A DNA stretch of 63,660 nucleotides, filler included, from Folioceros fuciformis (Eukaryota): NCBI GenBank assembly GCA_049999805.1. It is 9 parts of 9 records of this genome, joined end to end, with 100 filler letters (N's around TTAATTAATTAA, not from the genome) between each part and the next. Parts side by side here need not be neighbours in the genome. Positions count along the whole stretch, not along the records: positions 1 to 17,697 come from JBNGIO010005218.1; 8 more parts are not named here. One strand, written 5' to 3'. Numbering within the stretch: position 1 is the first letter of the stretch; each line of letters opens with the position of its first letter. Below are positions 1 to 9,343 of this stretch, one piece after another. Under the pieces are notes generated by a model, which ran no database searches, was not told the DNA's origin, and worked only from the letters and a program-made list of their open reading frames with translations. The translations under genes were made by a program, and so were the position numbers.

Positions 1-790
1 GGGGCATTGGCATCGGAGGAGGGGATGGAGCTGGTGGCGGGGCTGGCTGGAGAGGCGTTGCAGGGGGCGGCGGGTCTTCGGGATGGGGGGGCTTTGGCAC
101 CGAGACGGATGCCTACTACAGGAGGATGCTGGAAGTGCATCCCGGAAACGCCCTCTTGCTCAGGAATTACGCCCGCTTTCTGCATGAGGTACGTTGCGCA
201 GCGCTTGCTTGTCCTTTACTGTCTATGGCTTTGCAGTAGCAGTCGTGCTTTGTTATCGTGCGCTGTTATCCCAGTCCATGGATTGTGAACAGTAGCCGAC
301 TGTGGGTGTGTGTGGCCCACAATTAGTCCTGTAACTCTCCACATGCATGGGCTTACGTCTAGTTTATCTTTTTTTATTGTCGTCAGGTGAAGAAAGACTC
401 GTTTAGAGCTGAAGAATACTTCGAGCGTGCCATCTTGGCGAATCCTGGTGATGGCGAGCTCCTGGCTATGTACGCCAAGTTGATTTGGGACAACTCCAGA
501 GACCAAGAAAGAGCAGGGAATTATTTCGATCAGGCTATCAAGGTGTCCCCCAATGACAGGTGAGCTCTTCTCCGTCTAGTCACAAGAGTCCTGTAGCGCT
601 CGCAGCTACGAAAGTCATGAACTAAATTCTGTTACCTGCTGCACCACCCTGCAGTTACGTCCTCGCCGCCTATGCCTCGTTCTTGTGGTCATCCGAAGAT
701 GATCAAGAGAAAGCCGCACCAGAAACGGGGGAACCAAGTACACACTTGCAAAGCATGCGGCCTTATGGGTCAGCAACCACAGCGTTTTGA
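1..790 (+). CDS. TPR-like repeat protein, 3' part (exons <1-188, 387-559, 655-790)
   Basis: GT-AG splicing gives ...TDAYYRRMLEVHPGNALLLRNYARFLHE|VKKDSFRAEEYFERAILANPGDGELLAMYAKLIWDNSRDQERAGNYFDQAIKVSPND|SYVLAAYASFLWS...TGA(788-790), the typical plant TPR-like family pattern. Confidence 0.88.
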
Positions 791-2818
791 ATACATGGTG
801 GGCCACTGACATGCCATCTGTCATGGAAGCAAGAAACCTCGCCTTCTCTGGACTTTTGTCTGCAACAATGGTGATCTGTACAATCATGCCTCATACGAGG
901 TAGAAATCTGAATGTGCATGGGCTGCGATGTTCGGTCCGAGCAACAAATTTTGGCGCTCATTTGCTCACTGCTAGCAGCAGTCGTCAGGGAACATACGCT
1001 ACGCGGGTGCTGCCAGAGACATACTCCACAGCTGCGGCCCTAGGATGAGCTGTGGGCCTGAGGAGTGTGCCTTTCACAGGCGTCTGCAGTCCTAGATACT
1101 CTTTGGTTTCCTTATAATTTTGCAAGTATGGCTTGGCTTTTGCTCCGAGAGGGGGCTCTGATGTGGGTGGGCTAAGGGCATTGTAGATAGATGCAGCCAC
1201 TCTGATGGGACACCCGAGTTCATATCTAAGAATAGACATTTGTTTCCCTTCCAAGCATTAGACTATCATTTTTAACGTTGGTCACTAAAGGCCCTTCCTG
1301 ACCAGAATCTCGTGTACACTTGTCTTTCAAACCACTTCGCCAGAATGGCTGCGGCGCCCACTCTGGTGACCCTTTAGAAGCCTCGCCCAGCCCCTTGCTT
1401 TTTCTGCGAAACTGCAAAACTCCCTGCCTCCGATCCGGTAACATTTTTCGAGGTGTGTATTTTCAAGGAGAAATTGTCGGCTTAAAGGCATGATGCACAG
1501 GATCAAAATGCTGTAACACGCATGACTTCATCCCATGCTTAAAAATATGTGACTACTAGATGTAATTTTAAAAACCTATTACTCAATTAATAAGTTTTAA
1601 AGTTCTATATAAATTATTTCATTTTATTTATACAATCTACAAGAAAACGGTTTTAAGTCTCCCTCCTAGTCTCCCTTCTACATTGGATTTGGGTTCTGAT
1701 TGTATATTAAAATTATTTTTATTTATTAAAAACCAATATGAAAAATCATTACCATAATTGGGGTGGTAGAAACTAACATTATAATTGGAGTGGTAGGGAC
1801 TAACCATGAAGCTTAATGACAAACTGTATAGCACCTAAAATATTATGATTAGGGCATGGGACTTAATGACAGCCTATATACCACCTAAAATATTATGATA
1901 AATCATGATTGGGATAAGAGGCTAACTCTAAAGCTTAATGAGTACCAATAGCACCTAAAACATATAGTCTACAATGACCTGGAAACAAAAAAGGAATTAC
2001 CTCCGATTATATATAAGACAAAGTGCTTATCTTTTGTTTTTTTTTTAACTGATATTTGTTAAATTTGGTTGGCTAATCAAATTCTAACTAAAATGTTTTT
2101 TCGGCTAAGTGACATTTGCACTAGTTTTCCAAAATTGCTGTTTTTTTTTTCTATTGATCGTTAATCAATGATATTTTTCTTAATGGTGAAATTAGGCTAT
2201 GATAAGGCTTGCCTGTTATTGATCTCTCAAGAAGAGACTCTTCTACTTCTTTCCAATGCTTGAATTGGATAAATCACCCTATTGAGTTTCTAGGATTTCC
2301 ATTACATGCTATGCTTTTGTTGAAGGGTAAATTTAGTTCTCATCCATGAGATATTTTAATTCTTCTTTATAACTTTTGGATATGTTTTGTGTCCAATTAT
2401 TCTATTCACCTAAAATTGAAAGGAGCCTTTTTGACTGTCTATTATATTATATTATATTTTATATAGTTATTATATTATAAAATATATTTTAATATTTAAA
2501 TAATAATTTTTTGATATAACTTCTTTTAAGATGACAGTAGGAATTATTTTAAAATTTTAGTTTTATTATTATTTCTTTTTAGAACGTATATTAAATATAA
2601 ATACATAATCTATATTAGAAGAAGAATTCTATAAGAGTTGGGATTTTCGTTGGTAAGCATACTTTCCTTCATAAGACCATCTAAGTATGGATGTGAGGCT
2701 TTATCCTAGAGTTGTTGTATAGGAAATATCCATGTACACATGGATGATTGCGTGAGATCTCAAAGGTGCAAGACAGGTGATAGATAGGTGAGCAGAACGG
2801 AAATGCCGAGGTTCCCAC

Positions 2819-2863
2819 TTGGACTTGGACTTGGACTTGGACTTGAACTTGAACTTGAACTTG
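2819..2863 (+). repeat. (TTGGAC)n/(TTGAAC)n hexanucleotide microsatellite
   Basis: Directly visible tandem hexamers upstream of the GnT-II ORF. Confidence 0.9.
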
Positions 2864-3335
2864 GATTGGGTTCCCCCTAATTCAATTGCAGCAGAAGGGA
2901 CACTGTCAATGCGGTGGCCAGGATATTGCCTGCTGGCCAGGATGTGCACTCCCCTGGTTATGCCTTGGCAAGCAATGGACATTCAAGCTTGCTCAAAATT
3001 CGGTTTTGATCGGAGGCTGGCAAGACATCTCGTGACTTCCTTCGCTGTGGGTTTAGTACACGTTCCTTGCATTTTTGACAGATCCGGAGGAGTTGAGCAC
3101 ATGAGCGTGAACTGAGCTGCTCGAGTCTTAGGCTATGGGGGTAGTCGAGACACTATCCGCTTCCTCCTCGATTGCGGACCGTAGGGTTTGCCGGACTGAC
3201 CTACTGTAGCTGAGGAATGCCTGATGCAGGAGGGGTGAGGGCGCTTAAGATAGTGTCAGCAGGGATGAGCATCGAAGGGGAGAGCTACTGAGGTGGAGAT
3301 CGGGGAGCTGAGAAACAGTTTCATGTCACGCAGAC

Positions 3336-4682
3336 ATGGCCAAGACTATGCAGCAGAAAGCAGGTCGCTCGGTTTTGAGAGCGGTGCGAACCAGGTTTGT
3401 GACCTGGCGCTTGATCTGGCAGTTGCTAGCCTGTGGCATGCTGATTGTTCTCGTGACTGCAATGTTTGGATGGCGGAAATCTGAGAGCCCCGGATCTGTA
3501 TTCGGAGTGGATGACTTTGAAGATGTGAACAATGAGGGGTTCGTCAATGCCACACGTCCCACTTTTTTTGTTCAAAATGAGCTCTCCAAGGAACTGGAAA
3601 GGCTGAATCAGTTGCCCCCCCGGAACTTAGACCTGTATCCTAGGTTGAAGAAAGAGCATATAAAGATAGTCCTATATGTTCACAACCGGCCCCAGTATTT
3701 GAAAGTGGTGGTGGAGAGTTTGTCCAAAGTGGAAGGGATTAGCGAGACTCTATTGATTGTGAGCCATGACGGCACATTTCCAGAGATGAACGCCATTGTT
3801 CGGAGCATTCGCTTTTGTCAGGTAAAGCAAATTTTTGCGGTGTTTTCTCCACATGTCTATCCGAACTCTTTTCCAGGAATCTCTCCGGATGACTGTCAAC
3901 AGCAGGACGACAAAGAAGTGAAAGAGGGCTGCAAGGGGGATGCGGACCAGTTCGGGAATTACAGGTCCAAGGTTGTCTCGCTGAAGCATCACTGGTGGTG
4001 GATGATGAACACCGTGTGGGATGGGATGGTGGAAAATGCAGGCTTCGATGGGCACGTGCTCTTCATCGAGGAGGATCATTACATTTTCCCAAATGCTTAC
4101 AGGAATATACAAATGTTGACTCAGCTAAAGAACACCAGGTGTTTGGATTGCTATGCAGCTAATCTGGCCCCTTTGGATGTCAAATCCAGAGGAGAGATGA
4201 TTCCTGCTTTATTCGTAGAGAAAATCAGCAACGTGGGTTACGCTTTCAACCGGACCATCTGGAGGCGTCTTCATGCTCATTACAATGATTTTTGCACTTT
4301 CGACGAGTATAACTGGGACATTGCCATGTGGACCAGAGTGTTTCCGGATGTTGCGCAGGATTCCGGATTCTACACACTACGTGGCCCTCGAGCAAGTGCA
4401 AGCCACTTTGGCATATGTGGCCTTCATCAAGGGCAGAAGAAAGGACAGCCGGAATGCGATGACAAAGGTTTTGCAATTCCCACCGTGTTCCCTGAGGATC
4501 TAGTTCTCAACATCGATCCTAATTGGGAAATACGCAGGTATAGTATTAAGGGGTACACGAAAGGCCACAAAGGATGGGGGGGATGGGGAGACCGCCGTGA
4601 TCACCAGCTCTGCGTCCACTTTTCAAATATGTACCACCAACCATCTTACCAGGCATATATGAGGGCCGGCCGCCCAGGTTGA
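3336..4682 (+). CDS. GNT2: Alpha-1,6-mannosyl-glycoprotein 2-beta-N-acetylglucosaminyltransferase (GnT-II/MGAT2), intronless
   Basis: 448-aa ORF with type II TM anchor and motifs IVLYVHNRPQYL, LIVSHDG, SLKHHWWWMMNTVW, FIEEDH, FCTFDEYNWD, GWGGWGDRRD. Confidence 0.95.
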   Translation: MAKTMQQKAGRSVLRAVRTRFVTWRLIWQLLACGMLIVLVTAMFGWRKSESPGSVFGVDDFEDVNNEGFVNATRPTFFVQNELSKELERLNQLPPRNLDLYPRLKKEHIKIVLYVHNRPQYLKVVVESLSKVEGISETLLIVSHDGTFPEMNAIVRSIRFCQVKQIFAVFSPHVYPNSFPGISPDDCQQQDDKEVKEGCKGDADQFGNYRSKVVSLKHHWWWMMNTVWDGMVENAGFDGHVLFIEEDHYIFPNAYRNIQMLTQLKNTRCLDCYAANLAPLDVKSRGEMIPALFVEKISNVGYAFNRTIWRRLHAHYNDFCTFDEYNWDIAMWTRVFPDVAQDSGFYTLRGPRASASHFGICGLHQGQKKGQPECDDKGFAIPTVFPEDLVLNIDPNWEIRRYSIKGYTKGHKGWGGWGDRRDHQLCVHFSNMYHQPSYQAYMRAGRPG

Positions 4683-6242
4683 GAGTGATAGGGAGAAAGA
4701 CCTTGCTTTCATAAGTACTTCACCAGATCCGAAGTAGACGGCAGCCTGTTTTGTAGTGCCCGAATGAGGCATACTGTTACGAACAGAATGTTTACGCTAG
4801 GTCCGCGAACGAGTGCACCCAATCGTTACACCACAACTATTCAATTACTACTTACACCTTACACCGTTCAACAGCTACTTGGGCTCACAGGGAGGATCAA
4901 TAGACCTCAGAGCAAGCTTTGAGAAGACCGCATCAAGTCCACCATTAAATTACCACGCCTCCTGCACCCGATACCACCTTGTAAAGACGCTGGCACACAA
5001 AACAGTTACTCCACACCAGCCAAGGGAAACAGGCCCATCAAGTGACTCACAAATATAGAGCTTAAGTACAGTATGCCACATAGTGCAACTGAAGAGTAAA
5101 TATATTCAAGATCACACCATTACCGGGCCTCCCCCGCCACGTCGCTGAGTGGGAAAATTTATGAGGCAACCTGGTTTGATGACGACCACCGAGACTGTTT
5201 GATTGGAAGACTTGAGGCCACATAATATTCACACCTGAAACCCTTTCGCAGACGTAAGACAAATAAAACACCATAGTCAAAGTGGGAAAAATTGCGTTGC
5301 ACGATCTGCGACAGACATTTCCATTAGATGAAAGTCAGGGATTAAAAGAACAGCTTAACAATCAGAAAGCTCGGCTCTCAGTAAACCGATTCTGTACTCA
5401 ACAACGATGCAGATAGTTGAAAGTTCGCAACAGCGGAGTCCATACCAAAGTGTCTCCACAGACGCGCCGCCACCAAGTTAAAGGAATCTTAAGACCTTTG
5501 ACCTGGAAGTAACAGCATCTCCACAGAGGCCCCAAGTACCAGAGCTCTTGGAACCCTAGTGAAATCTAGCTCAAGTCCTCTCATATGAAAGTGTACGACT
5601 TCAAGTGTGCCAAAACACAAATCGACAACTACCTCATGCGACTACTAAGTGAGATCTTGAAGGAGAAGGCAACAGACTTTGCAAACCACTTCTTGACAAA
5701 GAGGCTCCCCATTTCATCTGCACAGATCACTCCTCACAGCATGTCCATCTTCAATATCCAGACGGACCAAGAGCTTCGTTCACCTTGACTACATACGCAT
5801 AAACCTACATATTTACCATGTCCCAGCCTGACGAGCTACATGAAGGCAACCCGAAGGACAAACATGACGGAGTGAGTGGACAAGGTAGAGTTGCGTCTCA
5901 CAACCCACAAAACTTGGCAAGAGAACTAAGTGAACGACAGTAAACGACAGCATCCCCATCCACCCCGGCATTGCCCACTTGGCACTCAATGTCACCATTT
6001 CACTGGCGTTGCCTCCGCGACACCAGAAAGTGAAGATACCCAGGCACTCATACAAAGGGAACGTTGTCACCTCCTGCCATTTAACTCTTGGTGCAAATCA
6101 CTTAGACGCACACATCGGAGCGAGAAATCTCATTGCAAGTGCACAGCCCTCCCTCAGCCACGAGCTTGTGACGACCATCTACATCTCTTAAAATGTACAA
6201 AGACCGCAATCTGCTACTACCAACTACTATAGGGGGCCAATC

Positions 6243-8672
6243 TCAGTCTTGCAGCTTCAGCCTGTTGAACAGGATGAGGAAATTTCTCTCTGTAGCCGAG
6301 TAAACAAATCCCAGCTCGGCTCCATTGGTGTGACTACTTTTACCATCAAGGAGAATCAGGTCACCATCTATCCAGTGAGGGTTACGGAACCCTGGTTCCG
6401 CTAACCTGCCCTGACCTTTGAACCGCGCCACCACACCTAGCTCCTCAGGATAGGAAGTTCTATGTGACAATCGGTTTTCTCGACCTGTTTTGGCACGAAA
6501 GGTGACCTGGCCAGCAGGTACATTGAGATCACCTGTTAGCTTCACTGCCTCGACATACTCGAAAAACTCCAGCTTCTCCCCTGTTGGTTGGGCTCCGGCA
6601 TCTTGCCAGCAGCCATATTTCCTCTTCACCTGCACGACCTCTGAAGTGTAGGGACCAAAAGCGCCGATATATAATCCACACAGTGGATCAGAACTTGCCT
6701 CTCTAGTATTTATCCGGGTGAAATTCGTGATTTTCTGTAAGCCGTGTCTTCTCTGAGCTTGACTCACAGCCAGTCTTATCATCTCTCCCATCTCCTTGGA
6801 GACCTTCACAGGTACCTTATCTACGTTCCAAAAGACCTTGGCAACATCGTCGGGCATTAGCCCTGCCGAAGCCCTCGTGGCAACTGCAGCTACCTTCCAC
6901 GACGGTGCAGCCTCCTTAGATGGTGTCTGCGGCAGGCCGGTGTCATCTATATTGAACACAAACGAATCTCTGGACTTGGCTTCAATCGTAGCCGGAACTC
7001 TCACAGGCAGCTTTGGGACCTTGTCGTCACCAGTGTTCTGCATCACTCCCCCGAGTAAAAGTCTGACGGACACCTTCTGTTCCCCATTCCTAGTGACTTC
7101 AGACAGAAAATCACTTGGGATCTTCTCGTCCAGTACTATAGAACCTTCTTCTACATTTCCCACTTTATCACTACCACTGGCATTGGCTTCTTCATTGTCT
7201 TTCTCCTCCTCTTTCTCAGGCTCCATAGTCTGCTCCACGATCTTAGGAATATCCACCCCCTCCGGAGCCACGACCTGGAAGACGTTGAGCTTCAGATCAG
7301 GAATCAGATCAGGGATCCTGCCCTTGAGAAAGTTGATGACCACCTTAAGACCCTCGTTCACGTCTGAACCCTCCGGGTCCCGTTTACCAGTGGACTCGGG
7401 ACCAGCATCCTCGGTCTTTTTGTCACCCTCCCCGTCGAGGACCACGTTCTTCATCTCCACAACATTAACCGCACCGTCCTTCGCAGGCGCCTGCGCCTCC
7501 AAGGCCTGCATGCCTTCCCTCTGCAAGTACACGGCCTGGAGCTCGTACTCACCACTATTACTCTTACTCACGAACACCTCAAACAAGGGAATGCCTGGCG
7601 AGCCGGAGGCCAGCTGCCTCGCCGTGTAGCTCTTAGCCACAAGCCTCCCTTGCATGGGAGCGATGCTAACCAAACGGCCGAAAGGATCGCTCCCTCCGTC
7701 CCCCAAGCCGGACCACCAGCCTACGAGCCCAGCCCCCGCCTTGTCCCGCAACAGCGCCGCATCCCCGTACCTCTCCTCCTGCAAAGCCCTCTCCAACTCC
7801 TTCATCACCTCCGCCACCGCGTCCCCAGCACTGACGCCGGCTATAGTCTGCTTCAGCTTAGCCGCCTCCGCATAGTCCTGCCTCTCCACTGCGTCCTCCA
7901 ACTGAAACTTGAGCGCAGAAGCCAGGCTCTCCCTCTCCTCCACCTCCGCAAACAGCGTCTGCCACCGATCCCACTCCGACACCCCCTTCTCCTCCACCTC
8001 GGGCTCGGGCTCAGGCTCAGGCTCCGGCTCCTTCTCCGGCTCCGGCTCTGCCTCAACGGCGGCCTCCGCCTGCTTCCCCTTCGCCTTCAGCTTGCTCAGC
8101 CGGTGGTTGTCAAGGTAGTCCTGCAGCCTCTTGCTAGCGGTGGTCATCATCTCCCGCAACGGGTCACTCATCTTGGCCGCTGCCGCCTGCATCTTCTTCG
8201 AGGAGCCAGCCAGATCCCAGCCCGCCGCGCTCCCGCCTTCCCCCGCGCCCTCCGAATTGCTCCCCGACGAGGAGACCGCCGCATCTTCTCCCTCCCCGGC
8301 ACTGTCACTCCCAGCAGATCCACGGCACCGGCACACTCCCGCCCTGCTCCTGCTCCCGCTCCTGCTCCACACAGAGCCAGAACCAGAACCAGAGCCGGGC
8401 CACCTGGTAGAAGCGGCATGCAACGCCACACCCTTGCGAGAGCTCACCACGACGGCATTCCGGCCCCGGAAAGGACCAGCCACGGGGACCGCGGCCGCCG
8501 CAGCCATCTTCCTCTGGCTCTCCCGCTCCCTGCTGCGCTCACCTCCAAACCGATGCTGCCACCGGTAACATGAATGCGACTTGTTGCTATCCCCCCTAAG
8601 CGCTCCTACTCCTGCTGCTGCTACTGCTGCTCCTCCTGCTAGCAAGTGGACTGCCATCACCGGTGCAGGCAT
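6243..8672 (-). CDS. EX1: EXECUTER (EX1/EX2) chloroplast singlet-oxygen signalling protein, intronless
   Basis: 809-aa ORF: Ser/Ala/Arg-rich transit-peptide-like N-terminus, UvrB/C-like helices (QLEDAVERQDYAEAAKLK, ERYGDAALLRD), GLVGWWSG, and DUF3506 C-terminus (GLYIGAFG, EYVEAVKLTGDLNVPAGQV, GFRNPHWIDGDL). EX1 vs EX2 orthology is not resolvable by eye. Confidence 0.92.
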   Translation of the reverse strand: MPAPVMAVHLLAGGAAVAAAGVGALRGDSNKSHSCYRWQHRFGGERSRERESQRKMAAAAAVPVAGPFRGRNAVVVSSRKGVALHAASTRWPGSGSGSGSVWSRSGSRSRAGVCRCRGSAGSDSAGEGEDAAVSSSGSNSEGAGEGGSAAGWDLAGSSKKMQAAAAKMSDPLREMMTTASKRLQDYLDNHRLSKLKAKGKQAEAAVEAEPEPEKEPEPEPEPEPEVEEKGVSEWDRWQTLFAEVEERESLASALKFQLEDAVERQDYAEAAKLKQTIAGVSAGDAVAEVMKELERALQEERYGDAALLRDKAGAGLVGWWSGLGDGGSDPFGRLVSIAPMQGRLVAKSYTARQLASGSPGIPLFEVFVSKSNSGEYELQAVYLQREGMQALEAQAPAKDGAVNVVEMKNVVLDGEGDKKTEDAGPESTGKRDPEGSDVNEGLKVVINFLKGRIPDLIPDLKLNVFQVVAPEGVDIPKIVEQTMEPEKEEEKDNEEANASGSDKVGNVEEGSIVLDEKIPSDFLSEVTRNGEQKVSVRLLLGGVMQNTGDDKVPKLPVRVPATIEAKSRDSFVFNIDDTGLPQTPSKEAAPSWKVAAVATRASAGLMPDDVAKVFWNVDKVPVKVSKEMGEMIRLAVSQAQRRHGLQKITNFTRINTREASSDPLCGLYIGAFGPYTSEVVQVKRKYGCWQDAGAQPTGEKLEFFEYVEAVKLTGDLNVPAGQVTFRAKTGRENRLSHRTSYPEELGVVARFKGQGRLAEPGFRNPHWIDGDLILLDGKSSHTNGAELGFVYSATERNFLILFNRLKLQD

Positions 8673-9343
8673 GTCACTCTAACCATGGTACCGCCGCACC
8701 GAGCGTGACGGACCGCACGACTTCCCACTGCGACTGTCTACACCGACTGCATCGACAGCCTCATGCAGCATCCAGGCCGCAGCAGCGCTGTTTGTCGACC
8801 AGGAGGCAAGTGAGAGAGGAAAAAAGTAACCAGCAGTGGCGGATAGGGATCCCAGCTCTTGGTTGTTGCCCTTTCCACCACGATGCTCGGCTGGAGCACC
8901 ACATGGATAATAACCTCATATTTTCACCCACCGTCCTAATATCCAGGATACAATCGCCACTCCAAACTCATGCATCTTATAACGGCCACGTATGTATCTA
9001 TTACATGCATATCTGATGAGAGATACAATCAGTCTCTCTCTAAGTGATTGAGCCCTAAGAGAGAGACAGCCTCCTGTTTTCTCCTCCTTCGCCACAACGG
9101 CAACAACTCCTCGGGATCAGGCAGCTGTCTGGATGTGGATTTTTTCGCCAAGATTCACAACGTGCATGAACAACGCATTTCACGCTCGCCACAACAAAAT
9201 GCGGAATACACTATATTGTGAAGAGAGGATTGCTTGACTGCCAGCTATGTGGAGGCACTCTCTTCCACGGCTACACGCTCAGTCCAGCAAACAGAGCCCC
9301 GGTTTCACTACATCTGGCTAAGACTGGCTGGTTCTAGTTTTCC

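Noticed and set aside
7-288. Listed 93-aa ORF as the real CDS
   Set aside because: The TPR reading frame is a different, spliced frame.
6796-8573. Long plus-strand ORFs opposite EXECUTER
   Set aside because: Antisense shadow frames of a GC-rich CDS with no domain signal.
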